A stretch of DNA of 64,000 nt, from NCBI GenBank assembly GCA_040080805.1, contig JBEBHQ010000006.1, positions 380-64,379 on the forward strand. Reading direction: 5' to 3'. Below, piece after piece: positions 53,764-63,751 of this stretch. The notes below the pieces were generated by a model. It saw nothing but the letters and a program-made list of their open reading frames with translations, did not search any database and had not been told where the DNA came from. The translations under genes and the position numbers were made by a program. The stretch is from Terricaulis sp. GTDB lineage: Bacteria > Pseudomonadota > Alphaproteobacteria > Caulobacterales > Aquidulcibacteraceae. Each line of letters starts with the position of its first letter. Positions within the stretch are counted from its first letter, which is position 1.

Positions 53764-54696
53764 ATGCTCAGTATTCTTCCGCCCATGGCCGCCGCCGCCC
53801 TTCTCGTCCAATGGGTCGCGCATTTGCGCGATGAGCGACGTTTCGCGGCCAATTCGGTCGAGGCTTATGAGCGCGACGTGGCGGCGTTTTTGGGGTTCCT
53901 CACCAGCCATCTCGGCGGCGAAGCGAAGGCCGCGGACCTCGCCCAGCTCGAACCGCGTGATCTGCGCGCTTACCTAGCGCACCGCAGGCAAGGCGCGGAC
54001 GCGCTGGCGGACCGTTCGATTTCGCGGGCGCTGGCGGCTATTCGCGCCTTCTTCCGCTATCTGGAGCGCCGCCACGGGATCGCCAACGCGCGGCTTTCGC
54101 TGGTGCGCGGGCCGAAACTCAAGCGCACGCTGCCGCGGCCCGTCTCGGAAGAAGCGGCGCGCGCGCTGATCGCGGATGCCGGCGAAGCCGCCGCCCTGCC
54201 CTGGATTGGCGCGCGCGATGCGGCGTTGATCACATTGCTCTACGCGGCGGGCCTGCGCATCTCCGAAGCGCTGGCGCTCACCGGCGCGGATCGCCCGCTT
54301 CCGGGGACGCTGCGCGTCACCGGCAAGGGCGGCAAACAACGTCTTGTGCCGCTGCTGGCGGCGGCTCGCGATGCGGTCGAGCGCTATGCCGCGCTCTGCC
54401 CCTACGCGCTCACGGACGATGCGCCGCTGTTCCGCGCCGCGCGTGGCGGGCCCCTGAGTTCGCGCATGGCGCAGGCCCTGATGGCGCACTTGCGCGCACG
54501 CTTAGGTCTGCCTTCGTCGGCGACGCCACACGCTCTGCGGCATGCTTTCGCCACGCATCTGCTCGCAAACGGCGGCGATCTGCGCGCGATACAAGAGCTG
54601 CTCGGACACGAATCACTCTCGACGACTCAGGGCTACGCCGCCGTCGAAGCGAAAAAAATATTGCAGGCGTATCGCGCCGCCCACCCACGCGCGTGA
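53764..54696 (+). CDS. xerC: Tyrosine recombinase XerC
   Basis: 310 aa. The N-terminal SAM-like domain (WVAHLRDERRFAANSVEAYERDV) and catalytic residues in RISEAL, HALRHAFATHLL, LLGHESLSTTQGY. Confidence 0.9.
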   Translation: MLSILPPMAAAALLVQWVAHLRDERRFAANSVEAYERDVAAFLGFLTSHLGGEAKAADLAQLEPRDLRAYLAHRRQGADALADRSISRALAAIRAFFRYLERRHGIANARLSLVRGPKLKRTLPRPVSEEAARALIADAGEAAALPWIGARDAALITLLYAAGLRISEALALTGADRPLPGTLRVTGKGGKQRLVPLLAAARDAVERYAALCPYALTDDAPLFRAARGGPLSSRMAQALMAHLRARLGLPSSATPHALRHAFATHLLANGGDLRAIQELLGHESLSTTQGYAAVEAKKILQAYRAAHPRA

Positions 54697-54916
54697 CGTT
54701 TTTCGTGCATGCGAACACCGCTGCGCGCCTTTGTTTTCAAGGTTCGCAGAGCATTCTCGCAGTCAATTTTTCCGTGCGAAATCAAACGCGCAAAAAACTA
54801 TGCGCTTGTTTGCACAGAAACTTTTCGCAAACCAAATTGCTTCAAACAAATACTCGGAGAGTCAAACAACTCCCACCAACCCAACGTCCAACACCAGTAA
54901 AGATGAGGAAACTAAG

Positions 54917-55177
54917 ATGGCTAAGAAAGTAAAGAAGGCGGCCAAGGCCGCTCCGAAGGCCCGCAAAGCGCGCAAGACCGTCGCCCGCAAGCCCGCCGCC
55001 AAGAAGACCCGCAAGGTCGCCAAGCGCAAGACCGCCAAGAAGGCCGTGCGCAAGGTCGCCCGCAAGACGACCCGCAAGGTCGCCCGCAAGACCGCGAAGA
55101 AGCCGGCCCGCAAGGTCGCTCGCAAGAGCACCCGCAAAGTGGCCCGCAAGGCCGCCCCGGCCGCCGCCGCTGTCTAA
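54917..55177 (+). CDS. Histone H1-like lysine/alanine-rich repetitive DNA-binding protein
   Basis: 86 aa. MAKKVKKAAKAAPKARKARK... with reiterated RKVARK units. GAGGA SD upstream and a strong terminator downstream. Confidence 0.75.
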   Translation: MAKKVKKAAKAAPKARKARKTVARKPAAKKTRKVAKRKTAKKAVRKVARKTTRKVARKTAKKPARKVARKSTRKVARKAAPAAAAV

Positions 55178-55189
55178 AGAAGTCGAGCA

Positions 55190-55224
55190 AGAGGGGCGCT
55201 GATGAAGCGCCCCTCTTCGCTTTT
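55190..55224 (+). terminator. Rho-independent terminator
   Basis: AGAGGGGCGC-tgatgaa-GCGCCCCTCT perfect 10-bp stem followed by TCGCTTTT, 13 nt after the stop codon. Confidence 0.85.
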
Positions 55225-55527
55225 GGACCCCTGCTCTCGTCCACGAGGCCAAATGCGTTCTCCGGTCATAAGAAGCCCTCGCTCCCGGATCGAACGCCGC
55301 CGACTGACCTGCATTCCCAAACGCTGACGAGGCTGCGCCTCCCCCTCCCCTGATTTCAAAAAGTATACGATCCGCTTGACTGCTTTCACGCGGCGCGATA
55401 CTTTGCTTTTCAAAGTTCTTTGGTGGAGCTCAAACATGACCCGTGAAGAGATGCTTGACGACCTTGCGTACGCTCGCTCGCCGAAGAGGGCCGGCATGCG
55501 CCGCTCATCGGGGGCGCCTTCCTGGTT

Positions 55528-56052
55528 TTGTTCGGCCTTCTGTTGGCGATCGCCTGGACGGCGCACTGGACTCTGAGCGCCGGAATTTTCGGCCCGATGC
55601 CGCGGAGCGTTGTCGGCATTGTGTGGGTCGGATTTGGCCTGTGCGCTGCGATGGGCTCGGTGCTTGTAGGCCGAAGCATGCGGCACAAGCCGGGCAGGAG
55701 CGCAATCGGCAATCGGATCGATCGTACGATCTGGCGCGCCACCGCTTGGGCCATCTTGTCAGTGGTAGCCGGCACGCTCGCGGCGATGGCGCTGCGCGGT
55801 GACACCGGCGCGCCCAACGCCATCATGGCCGCCGCCTTTGGATTCTATGGCGTAGCGTTGCTGACGACAGCGCACATGTCTGAGCAGCGCTGGCTCGCTA
55901 GCTTCGGCGCCCTCTCGCTGGCCGCTGGCAGCGTGCTTTGGGCGTTGAACGATGAGCCATGGGCATATTTGGCTGCGGCGCTTGCGGCGATTCTCGTCCT
56001 GGTGATTCCCGGCGCCGCGATGATGCGGCACGAACCGAAAGCCACGGTGTAG
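55528..56052 (+). CDS. Hypothetical multi-pass membrane protein (possibly frameshifted; true N-terminus may start at 55436)
   Basis: Five or six hydrophobic helices. The upstream frame encodes MTREEMLDDLAYAR, which would join ..LAEEGRHAPLIGGAFLVLFGLLL with a 1-nt correction near 55475-55477. Confidence 0.6.
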   Translation: MFGLLLAIAWTAHWTLSAGIFGPMPRSVVGIVWVGFGLCAAMGSVLVGRSMRHKPGRSAIGNRIDRTIWRATAWAILSVVAGTLAAMALRGDTGAPNAIMAAAFGFYGVALLTTAHMSEQRWLASFGALSLAAGSVLWALNDEPWAYLAAALAAILVLVIPGAAMMRHEPKATV

Positions 56053-56054
56053 CC

Positions 56055-56357
56055 GTGTCATCGTTCGACCACACCGAAATCGACGACATAATCCACGGTC
56101 GGCTGCGGCTGGGGATCATGGCGTATCTCTCGACGGTCAGCCCTGCCCCATTCGTGGAACTCAGGGCCAAGGTCAACGCTACCGACGGCAATCTCTCCAC
56201 GCACCTCTCGAAACTTGAGGAAGCCGGGTATGTGCGCATTGACAAGTGTTTCGTGGACAAGAAGCCCCGCACCAATGTGCACTTGACCAAATCGGGGCGT
56301 GCGGCTTGGATTGACTATCTCGCTAGGCTGCAAGCGCTGATCAGCGCCGCGAAGTGA
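56055..56357 (+). CDS. Winged-helix transcriptional regulator (HTH_34-like)
   Basis: 100 aa from a GTG 3 nt after the upstream stop. IIHGRLRLGIMAYLS...FVELRAKVNATDGNLSTHLSKLEEAGYVRIDK...TNVHLTKSGRAAWIDY. Confidence 0.8.
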   Translation: MSSFDHTEIDDIIHGRLRLGIMAYLSTVSPAPFVELRAKVNATDGNLSTHLSKLEEAGYVRIDKCFVDKKPRTNVHLTKSGRAAWIDYLARLQALISAAK

Positions 56358-56375
56358 ACGCCTCAATTGACCCTC

Positions 56376-56933
56376 TCAGGACGCCGCGCTAATCGCCCAA
56401 CGCGCCACGCCGGGATATGGCGGCTCGTTGGTGTCGAGAAAGCCATTGCGCGACAGAGTGTGTGCAGCGTGCACATCTTCCGCGTCGAGGTGGACGATGA
56501 CGCGGCGCGCGCCATTGCCAAACGCCCATGCCGAAAGCGCGCGCACGGTTTCCCCGCCAAAGCCCCTGCCCCGGTATTCCGGCAGCAGACCGAACGCGAG
56601 CTCTACATCACCATCGTCGTCGGGCCGGCCGATCAGGGCGGCAATGCCAACCAAGCGCGGCGGCGAACGCTCGCCTTCGTTGGCCAAGAGCGCCCAGCCA
56701 TACCAGCCTTGGCCGTCCGGGTCGTGAGCGAGGTTTTTCTGGGCCCAGTCGAATGAGGCCAGCTCAAACGGCGCCGGCGGCCACAAAGGCTCGTGCATCA
56801 CCGCTATCGCGTTGAAGAAAGCCGACCGACTGCCCGCCTGCAGGGCCGCCAAATCCCGATCCAGCGCCAGCAACGCCAGACGCTCCGCCGTCAGCACCAA
56901 CAATGGCCTGCTCCCCTCGATTCGCGTGCCCAT
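56376..56933 (-). CDS. GNAT family N-acetyltransferase
   Basis: LLPEYRGRGFGGETVRALSAWAF acetyl-CoA binding motif. Confidence 0.85.
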   Translation of the reverse strand: MGTRIEGSRPLLVLTAERLALLALDRDLAALQAGSRSAFFNAIAVMHEPLWPPAPFELASFDWAQKNLAHDPDGQGWYGWALLANEGERSPPRLVGIAALIGRPDDDGDVELAFGLLPEYRGRGFGGETVRALSAWAFGNGARRVIVHLDAEDVHAAHTLSRNGFLDTNEPPYPGVARWAISAAS

Positions 56934-56996
56934 TCAACCGAACTGAGCCGGCCTGAAAAGTGAGCATTCGTCAATACTCACAGGTGGGTCAAACGC

Positions 56997-58394
56997 TTAC
57001 GCCTGCATGAGCCACCCATCGACGCCCTTGGCGGCTTCGCGGAGGGCTTCAGACATGGTGGGGTGGGCGTGGCAGGTGCGGGCGATGTCCTCGGCGCTGG
57101 CGCCGAATTCCATCGCAACGCAAACCTCGCCGATCATCTCGCCGACGCCAGCGCCGATCATGTGGGCGCCGACGACCTTTTTGGTGGCGGCGTCCTCCAG
57201 CACTTTGACCATACCTTCGGTCTCGTGATTGGTGCGCGCGCGCGAATTGGCTGCGAACGGAAACTTGCCGACTTTGTATTCGACGCCCGCGGCCTTCAGC
57301 TCTTCTTCGGTCTTGCCGACGCCGGCGACTTCCGGATCGGTGTACACGACGCCCGGGATCACATCGTAATTCACGTGCCCCCAGAGGCCGGCGATCATTT
57401 GCGCGACGGCGATCCCCTCCTCCTCGGCCTTGTGCGCGAGCATCGGCCCGTAGGTGCAATCACCGATCGCGTAGATGCCGGCGACATTGGTCTTCAGATG
57501 ATCCGTGGCGATGAAGCCTTTCTGATCGAAGCCTACGCCTGCCGTCTCAAGCCCCAGATTGGTGGTGAGCGGTTTGCGCCCGATTGACACCAGAACCACA
57601 TCGGCCTCCAGCGTGCGCGCCTGCCCGCCTTTTGCCGGTTCGATGGTGACTTCCACGCCGGTGCGGGTTTTACTCACGCCCGTAACTTTCTGACCGAGTT
57701 CGAACGTGAAGCCTTGCTTCTTCAGGATACGCTGGAACGCGGTGGCGATTTCGCCGTCCATGGTGGGCGTGATGCGGTCGAGATATTCAACCACCGTCAC
57801 CTGGCTGCCAAGGCGCCGCCACACCGAGCCCAGTTCCAGGCCAATATAACCCGCGCCCACCACGATGAGCCTGGCGGGAACTTTTAAAAGCGTCAGCGCG
57901 CCAGTGGAGGACACAACGTGTTCTTCGTCAATTTCAACGCCCGGCAAATCGGCCGGCGACGAGCCAGTGGCGATAACGATGTTTTTCGTTTCAAGGGTTT
58001 GCTTGCCGCCATCATTGAGCACAACTTCAACACGCCCCGCCGCCGCAATGCGGCCGGCGCCTTTGATGTAATCGACCTTGTTCTTCCTCATCAGATATTC
58101 GACGCCCTTAGTCAGGCCATCGACCGCGTCGTCCTTCTGTTTCAGCATTTGCGGCAGATCGAGCGAGAGCCCTTCGACCTTCACGCCCATCGACGGAAAT
58201 GTCTTCGCCGCCGCTTCGTAATACTCGCTGGCGTGCAGCAGCGCCTTTGAGGGAATGCAGCCGACATTGAGGCAGGTCCCGCCGAGCTTGCCGCGCTTTT
58301 CAATGATGGCGGTTTTCAGTCCAAGCTGACCGGCGCGGATTGCACAATTGTAGCCGCCAGGGCCACCGCCGATAATGACGAGATCATAGGACAT
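56997..58394 (-). CDS. lpdA: Dihydrolipoyl dehydrogenase (E3)
   Basis: [12 protein letters not shown] and the redox centre [14 protein letters not shown]-terminal HAHPTMSE. Confidence 0.97.
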   Translation of the reverse strand: MSYDLVIIGGGPGGYNCAIRAGQLGLKTAIIEKRGKLGGTCLNVGCIPSKALLHASEYYEAAAKTFPSMGVKVEGLSLDLPQMLKQKDDAVDGLTKGVEYLMRKNKVDYIKGAGRIAAAGRVEVVLNDGGKQTLETKNIVIATGSSPADLPGVEIDEEHVVSSTGALTLLKVPARLIVVGAGYIGLELGSVWRRLGSQVTVVEYLDRITPTMDGEIATAFQRILKKQGFTFELGQKVTGVSKTRTGVEVTIEPAKGGQARTLEADVVLVSIGRKPLTTNLGLETAGVGFDQKGFIATDHLKTNVAGIYAIGDCTYGPMLAHKAEEEGIAVAQMIAGLWGHVNYDVIPGVVYTDPEVAGVGKTEEELKAAGVEYKVGKFPFAANSRARTNHETEGMVKVLEDAATKKVVGAHMIGAGVGEMIGEVCVAMEFGASAEDIARTCHAHPTMSEALREAAKGVDGWLMQA

Positions 58395-58484
58395 GGATGC
58401 TCCGCGAGCGCACGCGCCGAACGCGCGCGAATCGGCGCGACGATAGAAACGCCCGCGACGCGGATCAATCCGCGATTGCCTCGC

Positions 58485-58979
58485 TTACGCCCCGTGGCGG
58501 TTCCAATAGGCGCGGTCAGCGGCGTCGACGATGAACACCAACAGCCCAACGACCAGAACAATAGCCAGCACGCCGATCTGCGCTTCCGAGGATTCAGGCG
58601 CGGCCGCAAGCGCTTCAGGCTTCAGATAGGCGTTCGGATCGACGCTCTGAACCGTCGCCAACAACCCGCCCTCGTTCTGCTGTGCCACCGCCCAGCGCCC
58701 GCCATAGCAGGCAAAGCCGAGCAACCAGAGCCAGAAGCCCTGCGTGCGGCGGATGAGCCTGATAGCGGAGATGAGAAAGAAGAGCCCCGCGCCGTACCAA
58801 AGGCCCGCTTCAAGCCATGTGGAGGCGCCCACCACCGCAATCTGGTCCTCGCTGAGCACGGCGCCAAGATCGATCGGCAAATGCGCAAGCCCGACCGTCG
58901 CCGCGAACGCCGCGCCAAGGCTCACCAATACCAGGGCCAAAAGCGCCAAAATGGCCGGCCAGCGCAAAATGAACGTCAT
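58485..58979 (-). CDS. Hypothetical membrane protein between sucB and lpdA
   Basis: About 164 aa from ATG 58979 with four hydrophobic helices. No family recognised. Confidence 0.5.
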   Translation of the reverse strand: MTFILRWPAILALLALVLVSLGAAFAATVGLAHLPIDLGAVLSEDQIAVVGASTWLEAGLWYGAGLFFLISAIRLIRRTQGFWLWLLGFACYGGRWAVAQQNEGGLLATVQSVDPNAYLKPEALAAAPESSEAQIGVLAIVLVVGLLVFIVDAADRAYWNRHGA

Positions 58980-59050
58980 AACGTGTCCCCTGCCCCCGCT
59001 CCCCCGAGCGAAAAAGCAGTTTACCGGCAATGGGAGACGGAGTCAGCCCT

Positions 59051-60232
59051 TTAGAGGTCCAAAAGCATCCGCTCGGGGTCTTCCAGGCCTTCTTTCACGC
59101 GCACCAAGAACGTGACGGCCTCTTTGCCATCGACGATACGGTGGTCATAGCTGAGCGCCAGATACATCATCGGGCGCGCCACCACCTGGCCATTGATGAC
59201 AATTGGCCGCTCCTGGATTTTGTGCATGCCGAGGATGCCAGATTGCGGCGCGTTGAGGATAGGCGTGGACATCAGCGAGCCATAAACGCCGCCATTGCTG
59301 ATCGTGAACGTCGCGCCTTGGAGATCCTCGAGCTTCAAACGCCCGTCACGTGCCTTGAGCCCAAGCTCGCCGATCTCGCGTTCAATCTCGGCCATGGTTT
59401 TGTGGTCGGTATCGCGCACCACGGGAACAACCAGGCCACGATCCGTGCCAACGGCGATGCCGAGATCATAGTAATTCTTGTAGATGATATCGTCGCCGTC
59501 GATTTCCGCGTTGACGTTGGGAATCTCCTTCAGCGCCGCGACGCAGGCCTTCACGAAGAAGCTCATGAAGCCGAGCTTCACGCCGTGCTTCTTCTCGAAC
59601 TGATCCTTGTACTTCGAGCGCGCGGCCATCACGGCTGACATGTCAGCCTCGTTGAACGTCGTCAGCATCGCGGCTGTGTTCTGGGCTTCCTTCAAGCGGC
59701 GCGCGACAGTCTGGCGCAGGCGCGTCATCTTCACCCGCTCCTCGCGCTCGCCAAGCGTTCGCGGCAGTGAAGCTGGCGCGACAGGCGCGGGCGCGGGGCC
59801 GCGCGCTTCCAACACGGCGAGCGCATCGGACTTGGTCAACCGGCCATCCTTGCCAGTGCCGGCGAACGTCGAAAGGTCAATGCCGCTCTCGGCGGCGATG
59901 CGCTGCACCGACGGCGGGGCCTGAGCGGCGGCTGGCGCGGCAGCGGGCTTGGCGGCTTCCGGCTTCGGCGCCGCCGCAACCGGCGCGGCCTGAGCGCCGA
60001 CTGCGCCCAGATGCCCGAGCAACGCGCCGATCTGCACGGTCGCGCCCTCGGCGGCGACAATCGCGGTCAGCACACCTGCCTCTGGCGCGGAGACCTCCAC
60101 CGACACCTTGTCGGTCTCCAGCTCCACCAGGGTTTCATCCTTGCGCACCGAATCGCCGGCGCGCTTCAGCCACTTGGCGACTGTCGCCTCGGAAACGCTT
60201 TCACCAAGTGTGGGCACTACAATATCGGTCAT
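59051..60232 (-). CDS. sucB: 2-oxoglutarate dehydrogenase E2, dihydrolipoyllysine-residue succinyltransferase
   Basis: Lipoyl domain [15 protein letters not shown]-rich linker, and catalytic SYDHRIVDG. Confidence 0.96.
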   Translation of the reverse strand: MTDIVVPTLGESVSEATVAKWLKRAGDSVRKDETLVELETDKVSVEVSAPEAGVLTAIVAAEGATVQIGALLGHLGAVGAQAAPVAAAPKPEAAKPAAAPAAAQAPPSVQRIAAESGIDLSTFAGTGKDGRLTKSDALAVLEARGPAPAPVAPASLPRTLGEREERVKMTRLRQTVARRLKEAQNTAAMLTTFNEADMSAVMAARSKYKDQFEKKHGVKLGFMSFFVKACVAALKEIPNVNAEIDGDDIIYKNYYDLGIAVGTDRGLVVPVVRDTDHKTMAEIEREIGELGLKARDGRLKLEDLQGATFTISNGGVYGSLMSTPILNAPQSGILGMHKIQERPIVINGQVVARPMMYLALSYDHRIVDGKEAVTFLVRVKEGLEDPERMLLDL

Positions 60233-60238
60233 CTCACA

Positions 60239-60649
60239 TCATTTCGTTGCTGAGGGCGCATCATGACTGGGCAATACGGGCGAATCGGATTTGGTCCAAA
60301 ACACCCCGTCATTGCCATTGTTTTTCTGCACGAGCCGTACGCGCTTGGGATCGAGGCCGCGCATGAGCCGCGCGTTGACCGCGATCCTCTCGGCATCGTC
60401 ATCTCCAAATTCGGTAGAGTGTGTCGCGCACCCGCAGGTGCGGCAGTGGTGAAATTCCAACATGCGATCGCCCCACATGTATATGAAAGTGTCGGGCGGG
60501 CTGGCGAAGGCTACCTCGCGCTGCGGATAATAGGCCCAGAGGCCGCCGTAGAGCCGACAATGAGAGCAATTGCAGTCGAGCACCCATTCGGGTTCTTCCA
60601 CCTCGAAGCGCACGGCGCCGCAATGGCAGGAGGCGCTCACCTTGCTCAT
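60239..60649 (-). CDS. GFA (glutathione-dependent formaldehyde-activating / CENP-V) family protein
   Basis: CHCGAVRF...CNCSHC...HHCRTCG zinc-binding Cys pattern. ATGA overlap with the sucA stop. Confidence 0.85.
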   Translation of the reverse strand: MSKVSASCHCGAVRFEVEEPEWVLDCNCSHCRLYGGLWAYYPQREVAFASPPDTFIYMWGDRMLEFHHCRTCGCATHSTEFGDDDAERIAVNARLMRGLDPKRVRLVQKNNGNDGVFWTKSDSPVLPSHDAPSATK

Positions 60650-63618
60650 CCGAGCGCGCTCTCGAGCAGCGCTTCCAATTCCCTCAAATGCTTCGACATC
60701 TGCCCCGCCGCGGTAGAGGCCGTGGCCGGGCGGCCGGCATAGCGCGCGCGCTTGGCCTTGATGTCGAGCTTGCCGAGCGTAAGCTCAATCCACGGATCGG
60801 CGAAACTCCAGCCGCCCATATTCTTGGGCTCCTCTTGGCACCAGACGAGTTCCGCGCTCGGGAAGCGCGACAGCTCCGTCATGACCGATTTCATTGGCCA
60901 GGGATAAAATTGCTCCAAACGCAACAGATAGATGTCGCCCTGCCCGCGCTTCTCGCGCTCATCCAGCAGGTCATAATAGACCTTGCCCGAACACATCACC
61001 ACGCGGCGTATCTCGGCGTCGGGCTTCAGGGCGACGTTCGTGTGCCCGCTTTGGGTTTGCGCATCATCCCAAAGCACGCGGTGGAATGAAGCGCCCTCCC
61101 CCATCTCCGCCAGGGTTGATACGCACTTCTTGTGGCGCAGCAGCGATTTCGGCGTGAACACGATCAGCGGCTTGCGGAAATCGCGGTGCATTTGCCGGCG
61201 CAGGGCGTGGAAATAATTGGCCGGCGTCGTACAGTTGACGACTTGGAGGTTATCTTCCGCGCATTGTTGCAGGAAGCGCTCAATACGCGCCGAGGAGTGC
61301 TCGGGCCCCTGCCCCTCATAGCCGTGCGGCAATAACATCACCACGCCGGACATGCGCAGCCATTTGCGCTCGCCGGAGGAAATGAACTGGTCGATGATGA
61401 CCTGCGCGCCATTCACAAAATCGCCGAACTGCGCTTCCCAAAGCGTCAGCGTCTTCGGATCCGCAAGCGTATAACCATACTCAAAGCCGAGCACCGCCTC
61501 TTCCGACAGCAACGAATCGATGACTTCATAATGCGCCTGGCCCTGGCGAATGTGATTGAGCGGCGTGTAACGCTCTTCCGTCGTCTGATCGACAAAGTGG
61601 GAATGGCGCTGGCTGAACGTGCCGCGGCAGGAGTCTTGGCCCGACAAGCGCACGTGGAAGCCCTCGTCCAGCAGCGTGGCGAACGCCAGATGTTCCGCCA
61701 GCGGCCAGTCCACGCCCGCACCGTCGTCGATCGCCTTGCGGCGCGCCTCGACCACGCGCTGCACGGTTTTGTGCATATCAAAGGCGCGCGGCAAGTCTGT
61801 GATGCGCCGGCCTAATTCCTTGAGCCATGCCACCGGCGCCTCGGTTTTGCCGCGGCGATCGTCATCCTCCGGCAAAGCAAAGCCAGACCATACGCCATCC
61901 AGCCAATCGGCCTTGTTGGCGCGATAATTCTTGCCCGCATCGAACTCGCCATCGAGAAACGCACTGAATGCGTGGTTCATACCCTCGACTTCGTCGGCGG
62001 TGACCACGCCTTCCTTTACCAGACGCTCGGCGTAAATGGTCAGTGTCGTTTGCTGGTCTCGCACACGCCGATACATAAGCGGCTGCGTCATCGTTGGGTC
62101 GTCGCCTTCGTTGTGCCCAAAGCGCCGATAGCAGAACATGTCAACAACGACGTCCTTGCCGAACAATTGGCGATACTCGGTGGCGACCTTCGCGGCGAAC
62201 ACTACTGCTTCGGGATCGTCGCCGTTCACATGGAAGATCGGCGCTTGAACCATGAGTGCGACATCCGACGGATACGGGCTTGAGCGAGAATAATGCGGCG
62301 CTGTGGTGAAGCCGATCTGGTTGTTGATGATGAAGTGCATGGTGCCGCCAGTGCGGTACCCACGCAGACCCGAAAGCGCAAAGCATTCCGCCACCACGCC
62401 CTGCCCCGCGAACGCGGCGTCGCCATGAATGAGCAGCGGCATCACCCGTGCGCGCAGCGCGTGCAGAGCTTCAGCGTCTTCCGTCCAGGTCGCGCGCTTG
62501 GCTTGCTTGGCGCGCGCCTTGCCGAGCACGACGGGGTTGACGATTTCAAGATGACTGGGATTGGCGGTGAGCGAGAGGTGGACGTTGTTGCCGTCGAAGG
62601 CGCGATCCGATGATGCGCCCAGATGGTATTTCACATCGCCCGACCCCAGCACATCGTCCGGCGTGGCTGAGCCGCCTTGGAATTCATGGAAAATCGCGCT
62701 GTAAGGCTTGCCCATCACCGCCGCGAGCACGTTGAGGCGGCCCCTGTGCGCCATGCCAAGGATGATTTCCTCCACGCCGAGCGCCCCGCCGCGCTTGATG
62801 ATCTGTTCAAGCGCGGGGATCATGGCTTCGCCGCCATCGAGTCCGAAGCGCTTGGTGCCCGGATGACGCTTGTGCACAAATTTTTCAAAGCTCTCGCCTT
62901 CGATGAGCTTGCGCAAAATTGCACGCTTGCCCTCGGGTGTGAAGGCGATCGCTTTGTCGGGCCCTTCGATGCGCTCCTGGATCCAGCTCTTCTCGGCTGG
63001 GTCAGTGATGTGCATGAATTCGACGCCGACGGTCCCACAATACGTGCGCTTCAGGATCGCAAGCATCTCATTGACGCTCGCGGACTCCAAGCCAAGTACG
63101 CCGTCGATAAAGATGGGCCGGTCGAGATCGCCCGGGCCAAAACCGTGGTTCACGGGATCGAGTTCAGCCGGCGGCTCGCGTGCTTCAAGGCCGAGCGGAT
63201 CAAGCGTCGCGGCGAAATGACCACGCATGCGATACGCGCGGATCATCATCAGCGCCCTCACGCTGTCGCGCGCGGCTTGCTGCACATCCCGCGCTGCGGC
63301 CTGCGGCAGACGCGCCTTCACTTGGCGCTCAAGCTTCTCGGCGAGCCCCGCCCAATTGCCGTCCATCAACGCGGTGATTTCTGTCGCCTTCGCCCGCGCC
63401 ACATCGGCGCGATACCAAGACGGCCCAGAGACAGCGTGCCGGATAGCGTCGGGATTGTCCTTCAATTGTTGGAAGAACACGCGCCACGAATGGTCCACGG
63501 AACCCGGATCCGCCAGATAGCGCGCGGCCATTTCTTCCACGAAATTCGCATTGGCGCCGTCGAGAAAGCTCGTTTCGAGCAACGCCATGTTGGACAAGCT
63601 GCGAGCCTGATCCGCCAT
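60646..63618 (-). CDS. sucA: 2-oxoglutarate dehydrogenase E1 component
   Basis: 990 aa. Full-length SucA-like protein with the ThDP region (GDAAFAGQG), the transketolase-like domain and the C-terminal OGDH domain. Confidence 0.97.
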   Translation of the reverse strand: MADQARSLSNMALLETSFLDGANANFVEEMAARYLADPGSVDHSWRVFFQQLKDNPDAIRHAVSGPSWYRADVARAKATEITALMDGNWAGLAEKLERQVKARLPQAAARDVQQAARDSVRALMMIRAYRMRGHFAATLDPLGLEAREPPAELDPVNHGFGPGDLDRPIFIDGVLGLESASVNEMLAILKRTYCGTVGVEFMHITDPAEKSWIQERIEGPDKAIAFTPEGKRAILRKLIEGESFEKFVHKRHPGTKRFGLDGGEAMIPALEQIIKRGGALGVEEIILGMAHRGRLNVLAAVMGKPYSAIFHEFQGGSATPDDVLGSGDVKYHLGASSDRAFDGNNVHLSLTANPSHLEIVNPVVLGKARAKQAKRATWTEDAEALHALRARVMPLLIHGDAAFAGQGVVAECFALSGLRGYRTGGTMHFIINNQIGFTTAPHYSRSSPYPSDVALMVQAPIFHVNGDDPEAVVFAAKVATEYRQLFGKDVVVDMFCYRRFGHNEGDDPTMTQPLMYRRVRDQQTTLTIYAERLVKEGVVTADEVEGMNHAFSAFLDGEFDAGKNYRANKADWLDGVWSGFALPEDDDRRGKTEAPVAWLKELGRRITDLPRAFDMHKTVQRVVEARRKAIDDGAGVDWPLAEHLAFATLLDEGFHVRLSGQDSCRGTFSQRHSHFVDQTTEERYTPLNHIRQGQAHYEVIDSLLSEEAVLGFEYGYTLADPKTLTLWEAQFGDFVNGAQVIIDQFISSGERKWLRMSGVVMLLPHGYEGQGPEHSSARIERFLQQCAEDNLQVVNCTTPANYFHALRRQMHRDFRKPLIVFTPKSLLRHKKCVSTLAEMGEGASFHRVLWDDAQTQSGHTNVALKPDAEIRRVVMCSGKVYYDLLDEREKRGQGDIYLLRLEQFYPWPMKSVMTELSRFPSAELVWCQEEPKNMGGWSFADPWIELTLGKLDIKAKRARYAGRPATASTAAGQMSKHLRELEALLESALG

Positions 63619-63751
63619 CTCGGAAACCCTGAGCGCTTTGAGGGAAATGTGAAGCGCGCGCCCGACGCAGGCGTGTTCTTAAAGTGCGTCGCCCCGGGAA
63701 AGAAGGGCTCGATACGGGTCAGACTGCCATCGTTTCGGCAGCGGCGTCCAA

